A stretch of 64,000 nucleotides of DNA, from the NCBI RefSeq assembly GCF_009914755.1, contig NC_060931.1. One strand, 5' to 3'. Every line of letters begins with the position of its first letter. Position 1 is the stretch's first letter. Positions 1 to 12,440 of the stretch are shown in pieces. This DNA is from the human T2T-CHM13v2.0 reference genome, Homo sapiens. The position numbers were made by a program, and so were the translations under genes. The notes beneath the pieces were generated by a model that saw only the letters and a list, made by a program, of their open reading frames with translations, was not told the origin of the DNA and did no database searches.

Positions 1-317
1 TCACTCTCTCCAATGACTACTCTCACCATTGACCGCTGCCAAGATTCTGCTCTCAAGTCCACCTCCCCTGCCCAGCTCCCCTGTGCATGACCAGCTGGAA
101 ACTCCAGCAGGATTGGAGCAAGCTGGTGGAGGGACCGTACAAACTCACAGGCCACATCAAAGTAGTGCCTCTCATCTGTGTTTTCTGCTGCAGACAACAA
201 ATGCACATAGCCATAAGGTCAGCATTGGCTGTGTCACTGTCAGGTGGAGCTGATTTGAATCTTACGTCCACTGTCCCTTTGTTATATTAACATAAACAAG
301 GAATTTAACTTCCAAAT

Positions 318-422
318 CTCAATTTCCTCATCCACTGTAAGAATAAAACTTCCTTCATATAAAATACACTCAGTACAGTGTCTGAATCACAGAAAGTATT
401 CAAGAAAATATAGTTACTATTG
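318..422 (+). mobile_element. MIR SINE fragment
   Basis: ctcaatttcctcatc...cagtgtctgaatcacagaaagtattcaagaaaatatagttactatt resembles the MIR core and 3' end. Confidence 0.6.
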
Positions 423-1374
423 TTTAAATGTTTGATAGTAAGTTAATATCATGATATATTTTGCCAACTGAACATATATTTCTTCTGTGTGTGACATGAC
501 TTTTTATCTTAAAAATGAGTCCTATTAATTTAAAAGGCTAAGACTATACTCTAAAATCATCAGTTCTACAGTTGTGTTTCCTGCCACTGCTTTTTCACCC
601 CCCTGCCACAAATCCTGTGGTTTCTACTCTCCTGCTACTGAGTGCTCACCCCACATTGCTGACAACCTGTTTCCTGCTGCGGTGGACTGAAGTGGCCCCT
701 GCTCCTCACAGAGAAAGCTGCTGGAAGCTAATAATGGAAGGTCATGTTAAATGCTGGTGTTCTCCTCGGGGTTGCGGGGGGGTGGCGGTGGCAGAGAGGG
801 TTTGCTCAGTCTGTGACATGATGCCTCAAACTCAGCAACAAGTCCTTCCTATCTGGGTCTCAGCAACCCCACTACTCAGAACCTTGACCCATGTTTCAAT
901 ATCCACATCTTCCCACTACAAAAGTCAGAGCCCACGTCCTCTCCATAGAAATAACTAGTTCAGGGCTATAAAAGTATTTCATGTTGAGGCAGATAAAGAC
1001 CTTTACAAACCCTAAACCCTGAGAAGATTAGGGTATATTCTCCACTATATATAATTCAAATATAAACAAGCATAAGGGAGTACATTCAAGTTCTGATCTT
1101 TTTCTATGGCTGCTTCAGTGTGCTTTTAAAATGTCAAAACCTGTTAATAAGCAAGTTTAGTTTTTTGGTTTTTTTGCATTTATTGTCACTGTTGATACAT
1201 TTGGCTTTATTTCTATCATCTTACTTTGTGTTTTCCTTTTATCATGATTTTTTCTTTTTTTTTTTTTTCTATTTTTGTGATTTCCATTGGAATAATCAAG
1301 TTTACTTTATTCTCCTTTGACCACCTGTGGGTTTGGAATTTGTTCATTCCATTTTTAGTCTTCTAGTGGTTACT

Positions 1375-2148
1375 GTTTGCAGTGACTTCTGACACCAAAT
1401 CCCCAGAGTTGGGCCGTACTTCTCAGGTTCAGGGCACAGTCCTTTGCAAGACTTGCCTCCCTTTAGACACCAGTCACAAGTTTGGGTTTCCCAGGCCATC
1501 TACACTTCCAACCAATTTGCTGCAATTTGGAGCATTCTTTTACTGATTCAAATTCTGTAATCTACTAGAATGACCCACAAAACACAAGAAAGCACTATAC
1601 TTCCGAGTTTTATTATAAAAAACAAAAGGGAATACACATCCAGATCAACCAAAAGAAAAGAACAGGGTGAGGTCTGAGAGAGTCCCAAATGTGAAGCTTC
1701 TGTGTCCTCAGGGAAACATCATCCTCCCAGCACATTCATGTGTGACAATAGGCAGAACACTGCCAACCAGGGAAGCTCAACTGAGCTCTGGTGTCCATGG
1801 TTTTCAGTGGAGCATCACTACATAGGCAGGATTGATTGTCATTGGCTGTGTGATTAAGCTTGAGCTCCAGCTTCCGTTTCTTCTCTGGAGGCTGGACTGA
1901 TACCACATAGCTCAAAGCCCTAATGCTCTAACTTGGCTGGTCCTTCTGTTGTGGCCAGCCCCCATCCTGAGTCATCTCATCAACCTCAACTATGTTGGGG
2001 CACACCATGAGTCACCTCCTGAGCATAAACTCAGGTATGATCTGAGAGGTGCACCCTAAATATCGAAGACTCTTCTATCACTGGGGAAATTCTGAGGGTT
2101 TAGAGGCTCCCTTGCAGGAACCAGGGAAAAATTCTGTATTATATACCA
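1375..2148 (-). mobile_element. MER21-family solo LTR (ERVL class)
   Basis: Reverse complement reads ...ccctggttcctgcaagggagcctctaaaccctcagaatttccccagtgatagaagagtctt...cctgagtttatgctcaggaggtgact, matching the MER21 5' region. Confidence 0.8.
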
Positions 2149-2149
2149 T

Positions 2150-2225
2150 TTTTTTTTTTTTTTTTTTAACTGAAAATGAGTTTAATTTCATTTGGCTTTG
2201 TTTACAAGTTCCACCTTATTCCATG
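2150..2225 (-). pseudogene. Probable very short poly(A)-tailed retrocopy of an unidentified transcript 3' end
   Basis: T19 at 2149-2167. Minus-strand ATTAAA (2181-2186) lies 13 nt before the tail. Flanking direct repeat tatataccat (2140-2149) / tatatactat (2226-2235). Confidence 0.45.
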
Positions 2226-2256
2226 TATATACTATCATAAAAAATATTTAGGTTAG

Positions 2257-2571
<315 letters not shown>

Positions 2572-2744
2572 TAGGTTGTAATTTTTCTTTGGTATAGTGT
2601 TTGTTTCCCTTTGTTCCCCCTAAAATAGAATTGCATCATATACATTACTCGGCACCTATTTTAGACACTCAGAATTTTAAATTTTTAATAAACTTCTCAA
2701 GTATGGAAAAACAAACAGCTTTTGTTCTATTGTAGCATCTCTTT

Positions 2745-2865
2745 ATTTAAACAGCTTCACTGAGGTATAATTGACATATAATAAACTGGATATATTTAAC
2801 TGCACATTTTTTAAGCTTTGACATGTATGTCTCTGTGAAATCATCACCATAGTCAAAATAATCAG
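2745..2865 (-). mobile_element. L1M 3'-end fragment
   Basis: aacagcttcactgaggtataattgacatataataaactg is a typical L1MB/MC 3' terminus. Confidence 0.65.
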
Positions 2866-2884
2866 TTCTAAAACTTTCATTTCT

Positions 2885-4160
2885 TCTTTTATTTATTTTT
2901 AGTTGACATATAATAATAGTACATATTTATTGGAGACAGTGATATTTCAAACAAGTATACAATATGTAATGATCAAATCATGGTGATTAGCATATCCATC
3001 ACCTCAAATATTTAACATTTCTTTGTATCATGAACATTCAAAATCTTCTCTTGTAGCTTTTCAAAAATATACAATAAATCATTGTTAACCCTCTTTCTCC
3101 TACAATGATACAGAACACTAGAACTTATTCCTCTATCTAGCTGGAATTTTGTATTGTTAAACAACTTCTCCCTATTCTCTTCTCCCTTACCTCTTTCAGA
3201 CCCCTAGTAACCACAATTCTACTCTCTACTTCTATGAGCTCAATTTTTCTTAGTTCCCACATGTGGATGAGAATATGCAGTACTTGTCTTTCTTTGCCTG
3301 ACTTATTTCACTTAACATAATGTCCTCCAGGCTCATTCATGTTGTTGTGAATAACAGGATTTTAATGTACCTCATTACTGAACGGTATTCCATTGTATAT
3401 ATGTACCACATTTTCTTTATCCATTCATTTGTTGACAGGCATTTAGGTTGACTCCATATGTTGGCTATTCTGAATAGTGCTGCAATAAACATGGGGATGC
3501 AGGTATCTCTCTGACATACTGATTTTATTTCCTTTGGATAAATGCCCAGTAGGTTTACTCCATATCTTGGCTATTCTGAATAGTGCTGCAATAAACATGG
3601 GGATGCAGCTATCTCTTTGATATACTGATTTTCTTTCCTGTGGATAAATGCTGTATTGTATGGTAGTTCTGATTTTAGTTTTGTGAGAAACCTCCAAACT
3701 GTTTTCCATAATTGCAGTACTGGTTTACATTTCCATCAATACTCTATAAGAGTCCCTTTTCTCCAGATCCTCACCAGCATTCGTTATTTATTTATTTGCC
3801 TTTTTGATAATAGCCGTTCTAACCAGAGTGAGATGATTTCTCATTGTGGTTTTCATTTACATTTCCCTGATGATTAGTGATGTTCAGCATTTTTTCATCT
3901 ACTTGGCCATTTGTATGTTTTCTCTTAACAGATGTCTACCCAGATCCTATGTCCATTTTAAAATCAAATTATTTGTTTTTTTGCTGTTGAGTTATTTGAA
4001 TTTCTTGTATATTCCGGATATTAGTCACTTGTCAGATGAAGTTTGTAAATATTTTCTCCCATTCTATAGGTTGTCTCTTTGTTCTTTTGATTGTTTCCTT
4101 TGCTGTGCAGAAGGATTTTAGTTTGATGTATTTCCACTTGTCTATTTTTGGTTTGGTTTC
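2885..4160 (-). mobile_element. L1MA (MA4/MA5-like) 3' UTR plus ORF2 C-terminus, 5'-truncated
   Basis: Diagnostic 3' UTR (gatcaaatcatggtgattagcatatccatcacctcaaa). ORF 3443..3709 contains the L1 ORF2 C-terminal motif CIPMFIAALFRIAKIW. Confidence 0.9.
3444..3651. repeat. Tandem duplication with 106-bp period inside L1MA
   Basis: Copies start at 3444 and 3550, with 7 substitutions over 102 aligned bases. Confidence 0.95.
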
Positions 4161-4650
4161 TTTGTACTGCATTTTAGATTATTTTGATATATCTGTTTTC
4201 CAGATAACTAATTCTTTCTTCAAAAGTGTCTAATCTGGAGTTTAAAATCAACCACTAGATTTTTCTTTTCAACAACCAGAATTTTCTTTCCTGGAATGTC
4301 TGTTTAGTTTTTTTTTTTTTAAATTAGCCTGTTCTTATTTGATTCTTTCTTAATATTGCCATGTTCTTTCATTATAGTTTCTTTTTTATGTCTTTAATTT
4401 AAAATTATTTTCTATTCTCTTCAATTTTTTTATTATCAGCTTAGAATGTTAATTCTCCCATTTGCTTTATGTGTCATGTCTCCCTAATGATAGTGTTTTC
4501 CTTTACGGTTTATGATATTTTATTAGAGCCTGACTTTTGTGGAGATTGTATGTGAGAATTCCATTTGTCTTTGGTAATGTCTGTATAAAAGGACTGATTT
4601 AGTTAGGCCTCAAGAATTTCATCAGTTTATTTATTAATTTCTCACATAAA
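4160..4650 (-). mobile_element. Old L1-class (L1ME/HAL1-like) fragment
   Basis: T-rich degenerate L1-like sequence; similar material at about 1090-1370. Confidence 0.45.
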
Positions 4651-5359
4651 TTCCCCACCATGGGAAGAATAAATATAGACTCCTATCCTCAGCACATATT
4701 TAGAGTCAGTCTCTATTTCTTAAAAATGACAACTCTTGTTGTTTTTCAAGTCTTGTGGGTGGAGTGTTTTTTACCCCCTGTCACAGATGTGTCAGGTCTT
4801 GAGGCTCAGTGCAGAGAAGCTAAATTCCAGCTTCTGACCTTTGGGTGGAGGCTTGGCTTCTGTCCTTGACCGGTCTCTTCTGTCTGAGACCCAAGGGCCT
4901 GGATGCTGCTTCAGCACCAACTCAGGCTGCCCAAAGGTTTGCTTTGCCTCTTTCTCTGTCATATAGAAATTTATCTTCCACCTTTCAACCAGGAAACATG
5001 TTAACTCTTTAGAGTGGAATATACTTTATTCCTCATCTCTGTTTATGTAGGGGGAAGGGCCTTTTTGCCAGTAGTCTTCAAAAGCCCTGTGTGTGTCCCT
5101 GCCTTGATAACAACTAAAAACACATGTAGGTGGGCCTGCTGGGTCTGTTTTTCTAAATTTCTTAAATTGTTTTGGCACAGCAAAAATCAGCACATCTCAA
5201 CTAAACTTAAAGTCTACATCTCTTGGAAGTATGTCTGCTAACAACTAGTTTCTATCTAAATGGGATGTATTATAGTTTCCTAAAATCTCCTCAAAATATA
5301 TGTAAAAGTAATTTGACAAAGACAAGTGAAAGGCAACAGACTATATGTGTGTGTTTGTA

Positions 5360-6006
5360 CCATTGATTCTCATTTTTAATGAATTCCATATTTTCAAATC
5401 CATCTACTCTGTGAAATGTATTTCTAACTCCCAAGTCAATACTCTGTGCATTCATGGTCATTTACAGATGTGGACAGAGTGGCAAAAATTCAAATAGCCG
5501 GATGGGCATGATTTCTGAGATTGGACAAGGCAATGCTTTACCTTCTTATTTCAGTTCTTATATTTTAAACACGTGTCCTTTTGGCTATCAATTTCATGAC
5601 ACATTTTTTGCATTTTTGTGCTTTTTCCTCATGATTTCACTGTTTAAAATGTCCCCCAAGCATAGGACTAAAGTGCTGTTTGGTGATCCTAAACACAACA
5701 AAGCTGTGAAGTACCTTCTGGAGAAAATACAGGTGTTAAATAAGCTTCATTTGGGAATGAGTCACAGTGCTATAGGTCATGAGTTCAATGCTAATGCATC
5801 AACAGTATATGTTAGATGAGATGCCATTAAACAGAAATATACTTAAAATAAAGTTATGGATTGATCTGTTGGTGAAAATGTTGTGACCTGAGGTTCACAA
5901 TCCCTAACTCTGTATTTCTCCCAGGAGCAATGGCTCAATATTTGCTAATTCAGTGTTTGCAGTGACTTTATAGAACATAACCACTGCAGATGATGGTATT
6001 TGCCTG
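5360..6006 (+). mobile_element. MER82 (TcMar-Tigger non-autonomous DNA transposon), full length
   Basis: TA flanks at 5358-59 and 6007-08; colinear with the MER82 consensus. Encodes a decayed Tigger N-terminal HTH (KAVKYLLEKIQVLNKLHLGMSHSAIGHEFNANASTVYVR, 5649-5819). Confidence 0.9.
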
Positions 6007-6109
6007 TACATTCATAGAAAATGAGAGAAGGAAGAGGAAAGAGAATGGTTGCATGATTATAGGTGTCCACATTTTTTTCTTCGAATTTTTATTGTTTTCA
6101 ATTCCCTCA

Positions 6110-6255
6110 GGAAAAGGGGGAGAAAGGATGGAAGGAAGGAGAAAGAAGGAAGGCAGGAAGGCAGGAAGGCAGGAAGGCAGGCAGGCAGGCAGGAAGGAAG
6201 GAAGGAAGGAAGGAAGGAAGGAAGGAAGGAAGGAAGGAAGGAAAGGAAGGGAAAG
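6110..6255 (+). repeat. Compound (GGCA)n/(GGAA)n microsatellite; 13 uninterrupted GGAA at 6192-6243
   Basis: Counted directly. Confidence 0.98.
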
Positions 6256-7595
6256 TTAAATCACCAAAAAATATACTTTGATGATTCTACTTAGAAGGGA
6301 ATTTCAGGCCTCACACCCCTTCCAGCTGAGAAGTTTTCCTTTACACTAATCTCAATTCTGTCTCTTCCATTGTCATAGATCTCCTTTAGGGGTCACAAAG
6401 AGCAAGGTCTTTCAGCCCAGCATGAAAAATCCTTTGAATTACCTCCTCTGTAACTCACTCCTGGAGTTACAGGGTGATTACACTGTTTCTTAGATTATCA
6501 TAAACTTTATAAAACATATTCTGAAAGATGCATTTGTGAGCTCTATTAGTTTGTGAAACGTTCCCTCTCTCGTTTCAGCTGTTATTTTTCAGAGGGAAAT
6601 TTCATTAATATTACTTATTTTCAAACTAAGTAACAGTTTGTACTGGGACCACAATTAAGGTTCTTGGTTGATAATCATTCATGGTTAAGCATCCAGGGCT
6701 AGCAAGGAAAGAGAGATAAAGAAAATGAGAAACAGTGAGAGACATAGAGAGAGCTAAAGGGGGAAGAGAGAGAGAGAGGGAGGAGGAGAGGGAGGAAGGC
6801 ACCACCCCAGAGCTCACATTTAGCCAGACCTCAGGACCTGCAAGGCTGTGAATAGTGTTCTATATTTAGCCTACCAGATATTTCGAGTAGTTCTGAAATT
6901 GGAAAGCAATGTTTTTCCATGAATTCCCTATAATAATATTTCCTAAGTCAACTCTAATCAAAATATTCCCTTTTCATTCTGTTTTTCCAAGTCTAGAGTG
7001 AGCCACTGATGCCCTCCCTTAGAAGGCTGGAAAAGACTGCAGAGCAGGGCAGTCCTAGTCTAGTCAAACCCAAACTTCCCTGGCCTCAATCCATGTTGCA
7101 TGTGGGCACTGGGGACAAAGTCCCTCTGATGAGAGCAATGGTGAGCCATAGGATTGCTTTCCCACAAAAAGCAATGGGCTCCCAGGACTTCAATCCCATA
7201 CTACCAATATATTTCCCTGGGGCTTCCATCCTCCCAGAGGGAACCCATGACATCACCATCAATGAAAGCCTTCACCCCATGTCACAACTGTACGTATATC
7301 TATAGGCACCACCTGAAAATCCCTCCCCCAGTCTATTCCAGGACCACAAACACATAAGCTGCTTCTCAGACACAGCTTTTTTATTTCAGAAACCAAAGGC
7401 TTATATTGAGAGTATCCTCACCAGCAGTCTTAGAATTGCAAGAATGCACATGAGTGCTTTTGGGCTGGACGTCTCCTCTGTTCTGGGAAAAGTTGCCTCT
7501 AGTAACTACCTGTCCTCACACCAGCCAGCCCTACCTGTCCCCACACCCCATACACTTGAATACAAGGGGAAGGAGTGTATGTTCTTCATCTTGCT

Positions 7596-7659
7596 TATGG
7601 AAACTGAGGGAGGGTAGCAAAGATACATTGGTGAAGCCAATTGCAGAGGTGATATCATG
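7596..7659 (+). repeat. Dispersed 64-bp direct repeat, copy A
   Basis: Matches 10052-10114 with 3 substitutions and 1 indel. Confidence 0.95.
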
Positions 7660-7959
7660 GTAAAATAACAGGGTAATAGCTTCTTCCAGGCAGTATACCA
7701 TCAACCCAACGGCAAGAGCACCTTGAGTCAGAAAGGATGAAACTAAAATATGATCAGGAAGCTTTCTGTGTGTGTTGCAAATGACAGGCTGGAGGAGAGC
7801 AGACTCCAAGAACTAGAAACTTAGGAGCAAATACAAGGAATCAGACATTTGTAAATATCTGACACAAAAGAGAAAATTGTAGGAAGTAGAAGACCAATGA
7901 TTTCAGTGGTGTGGAAAAAGCCAGTGGCTGCTGTCTTTAAATGTTGCGATGATTCAGAT

Positions 7960-8430
7960 TTAAATCAGATCATATCATGCTCCTACCTAAACTCTGTAAG
8001 GTTTTCACTTGGAAGAGAATCTAAGCATCTTACCAATCTCATCTCACTCATGAGACTCCAGCCATACTGGCTCCATTCTGTTCCCAGAATATTTCCAGCT
8101 CTGCCTTTTCAGAGCCTTTCTGCCATGGTTCTCTCCTTCTAGGATGCTTTCCCCTCAGCTCTCTGCATGGCTGACTCCTTCTCGTGCTTTAACTGTGGCA
8201 ACCTGTGCCACCCTAGGACACTGTGACATGGGCCTTCCTTACTCCAGTCACCACCACTTCTTACCCACTTACCCTCTCACATAACTGTTTACTTCCTCAC
8301 TGGCACTTCTTGCAACTGAATATTGTTTTATTTATGTAATTCTTAAGTCAGAATGATTTATTACTGTATTTCCACTGCCTGATAAATAGTAGAAAATCAA
8401 CAAATTTTTTTGAATGAATAAATGATGAAT
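7960..8430 (+). mobile_element. L2 LINE 3' portion
   Basis: Starts taaatcagatcatatcatgctcc and ends in the L2 tail ...gaatgaataaatgatgaatg. Confidence 0.75.
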
Positions 8431-9043
8431 GGGGAATGAAAACAATGAATTAATTTACACATCTAGGCTGGTGTAGAAAGTAGGAGTAAGTTGAATTTCT
8501 GAAATAGAATCAAAGACTATAAGGTATTATTTAAGCACAAAGCAGTTTGAAATATTTAAGAAAAAACATTACGTGATACCCTAGAAAACAAGACCATTGT
8601 GGTACTTTTCATTTTGACTTCTATTTATTTTTACTTTAAAATATTTCTCTAGAAAGTCATGAAATTACCATTTACTTAATTATGAATCAGATGCATGACC
8701 ACCTAGAGTTGAATTTTTTTTTCTATGAACATTACATGTAGATATTGACTTAAGTAATATTTTCAGCAGCAAATGTCTGATGATCTCGCAGGAAGGCCTC
8801 TCTGAGCAACGAAGTCATTATGAATATGAATCATGCATCATAACCACTCTCCTGGGGCACATCATAGTGCATGGATCAAGGCTCCATGTGGCTCTGTGGT
8901 GCTGGTTGCTGGCCTCCTCCTAATTTGAATGAAGCTGGTGTCTCAGCAACAGTAGGAAAGTGAAAATTAGAGTCTGTGTGGTAGAGTAAAATTTCTCCTT
9001 GCCAGTTAAAGCTCACAAAACCTTGCACATTTGTTTCTTTTGA

Positions 9044-9384
<341 letters not shown>

Positions 9385-10051
9385 TAGAAAAAGTATTTTT
9401 TTTAAAGTCAATTTTGACTTCTATTTATTTGTATTTTAAGTCAAAAGGCTAAGACATTTTGGCCTCTATGACAAGCTTCTGAAAGTATTTCCTTGACTTT
9501 AATTAATTAATTTCAAAATAAAGGCATATCTAGCCAGTTCACACAGGTTATAAAACAGACATTGATATTAAAAATATAATACCTTTATTATAATACAATA
9601 TATAAAATCAACTTTTTAAAAAAGACAGACATTGATATCTACGGAGAGAAAAAGGTGCCAGTTAGCATGGGCCATCCCGATGATGCTGACACTACACATT
9701 TGCCTTATCTGGAGCCTAAATGCTGACATTTGTATAAATAATCACAAATATGTATCTTCCAGGTGAGGAAAATCTGTTTGAAACAAAGTATATGCATCAG
9801 GGCAAAGGAATATGGATGTGTATATAGAAATGGGAACATTTATTTCTGTAGACCAATAGGACTAGCATAACTCAATGAACAAAGAATTTGCCAATGTCAC
9901 TAACTTTATTCCAGATCCCTGCAGTAGTTACAGTAAAGTGGGTGGGTTAATCCTTGACGTGTACTAACAGAATATTTAAATTATTTATAATTTTTATCCA
10001 ACAGCACTCAGATATCTTATAAACCCAATTAAATAAATATGAAGCTGGTTA

Positions 10052-10114
10052 TATGGAAACTGAGGGAGGGTAGCAAAGAAATATGATGAAGCCAATTGCA
10101 GAGGTGATATCATG
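10052..10114 (+). repeat. Dispersed 64-bp direct repeat, copy B
   Basis: Matches 7596-7659. Confidence 0.95.
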
Positions 10115-11299
10115 AAAAAATGTTTACATATAGTTTATATATATAAATTTATAAATATATATACATATATTCCTAAACCTGTCTTTTGGAACTTTCTTAT
10201 AACATAGGAACTTCCCCTTAAAAGATACAAACTATGTTTTTAACTCCTTAAAATCATGCTGGTCAAAGCAAACCATTTGGAATTTAAATTTCCACCAAAT
10301 ACAACAAAAGAAAGCTGATGAATTTAATCTAATTTATTTAGATTAAAGGAGCAAAGAAGAAATGATGGTTTTTGCAGCTTCCTCAGGAGCTTGTTTCCAC
10401 AAAACATCCTTAAGACACTTTCCCACCACGTTAGCCATCATTATTATTAGGCACTTGGCCAAGATGTATTTAGTTTGGCAGCCTGCCAAGTAAAGTTCAT
10501 CAGGTCGTGGTGGTACCAAATTTGACAGAAAGCACAGCAAAGGAAAGGGTATTTTCAAATTACTATTTTCATATCAAAAATAGAAGACCAAAAGTCTCTC
10601 TTGTGAAATGAAAAACTTTACTATCATTCTTTGCATTCCTCTGTGATGGCAAATCCAGGCATCCTGACTTCGCTTACACCTCCCAAACACCAGGGAAGAA
10701 ATCTTTCTTGTGGTCACAAAAAGGATCCCTGACCTGGAGGACAAGAGTTACTGCAAAATCACAGTGGCTTGTCCTGTAGAGCTCGATGGCATCTCTATTC
10801 ACTGTGTTCCCTCTCCACCCAGGGCCTCTGCTTGGTTTTGAGTTGAGGGATACACCTGCAACTCCTTCTCTGCACTTGGATTAAACTGACAGCACTATCT
10901 CTTCTGCATAATGCTACCTTCTAGGCAACAGAAAGATGAAAAGTGTTGCCTTCTTTCAAAAAGGATGAAGCCAACGAGACTACCCCTGCCTCTTCTCAAG
11001 CTCCCTTGTAGATAAGCCTTTGTCAGCAGGTGGCTCACTGCCATTCCTTCTGAGAGTCCCAGCAAAGGGGAAAGAGAGTCCCTGAGGTGTACAATATCCA
11101 TGGGAAGTGGCCAGAGAATAGACACCTGCTTGACCATGGGTTCCTGAGATGAGTAACAATCATGGGAATCTCACCACGTAAACATTGCCCAGCACCTAAG
11201 ATGTGTTGCATAAATAATTTATGTACTGAAACTGTTTAACTGGTAAAAATGAACTATTAAGTTGCTACAGCCCTGACATGGATATCTGCTGCAGTCAAT

Positions 11300-12130
11300 T
11301 GCAGTATTGTTCATAATCATTCACTTCCACTTTCCTGGTAAGAGGATCACATATCACCACCACCAGTTCTTCTGGGCCTGCAGAGTAACATGCTTGTGTG
11401 AGCAGCTATAACATACCCCATCACAAGTTTCCATCAGCTCTTTTGGCCTTTTCCCTCTAACATAAGAAGGATATACCCCAAATAGGGGCTGAATCTTTAG
11501 CATTGCTTCTAGAAAGAAAAGATGTGTGGAAGAAAGCCACAACAGCCCACTGAGAGCAGCCAACATGTAATGTGAGCAAGAAATCAATACTGTTGTTCCT
11601 CGGTATCTGTGGGGGATTGTTCCAGGGACCCCCAACAAATACCAAAATCTATGGATGTTCAAGTCCATATATACATAAAATAATTTAAAGTATACAGCCA
11701 TACATTGGTTATACACACATACTACACTAAGAAATGTATCAATATCAAGAAATGCCCCCAATGGGTTATGTTGGTGCCAAATGTGCTCATATCTACCATA
11801 TGGTGTAGTATTTGTATATAACCTATGTACAGCTGTATACTTCAAATCATTTCTAGATTACTTATAATACCTAATGCAATGTAAATACTATGTAAATAAA
11901 TAGTTGTTATACTGTATTATTTAGGGAATAATGACAAGAAAAATGTCTGTACGTGTTCAGTACAGACAAAACCATCCATTTTCGTTCCCTGAATATTTTC
12001 AACCTGTGGCTGGTTGAATCCGTGGATTCAGAACCCATGGAAACGGTGGTCTGACTGTATTTGATTTTATCAGCCATTGAGACTCAGGTTGTTTGTTACT
12101 GCAGCAAAGCTAACCTGTATACCTGCTACA
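11300..12130 (+). mobile_element. MLT1I/J-type MaLR solo LTR, split by MER2
   Basis: acatgtaatgtgagcaagaaatcaa [MER2] ...agccattgagactcaggttgtttgttactgcagcaaagctaacc...taca is an MLT1 3' end. Confidence 0.75.
11590..12057 (+). mobile_element. MER2 (Tigger-derived MITE) carrying a ~120-bp complex insertion
   Basis: TA flanks at 11588-89 and 12058-59; colinear with the MER2 consensus except about 11682-11800. Confidence 0.9.
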
Positions 12131-12238
12131 TCTATACTATCATTTAGGAGAGCATCCAGGAAGTTGACAAAATATTTATGCTAAATAAATATGACACTCT
12201 TAGGACCACAAAATTAGAAAGGTTCAAAGGTACCTGTT

Positions 12239-12437
12239 AATACTCCAGGCTCTCAAGTCAGATCTGGGTTGAAAGCTAACTGCTGTTTACTATTTCTGTG
12301 AACTTCAGTAAATGATTTCTGATTTATCATCTGTACAATGTGGATATGAATAGTAAAGACTTCAAGAATTATTGAGTGGGTTTATAGAGATGCATATATA
12401 AAAAGAGCTTAGATAGACAAGCTTGCACAATAAGTGG
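12239..12437 (+). mobile_element. MIR SINE
   Basis: caggctctcaagtcagatctgggttgaa...tcatctgtacaatgtggata... Confidence 0.7.
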
Positions 12438-12440
12438 TGG

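Noticed and set aside
572-958. 128-aa ORF and G-rich patch at 768-800
   Set aside because: Non-ATG start and no homology; the G-runs are too irregular for a confident G-quadruplex call
5990-6294. Three overlapping RKEG-repeat ORFs
   Set aside because: They are translations of the GGAA microsatellite
6630-7560. Possible very old LTR(s) and a minus-strand poly(A)-like signal near 7377-7410
   Set aside because: I could not assign a family or find a TSD; too degenerate to call
11354-11845. 163-aa minus-strand ORF
   Set aside because: It runs across MER2, the templated insert and the MLT1 LTR, so it is a chance frame
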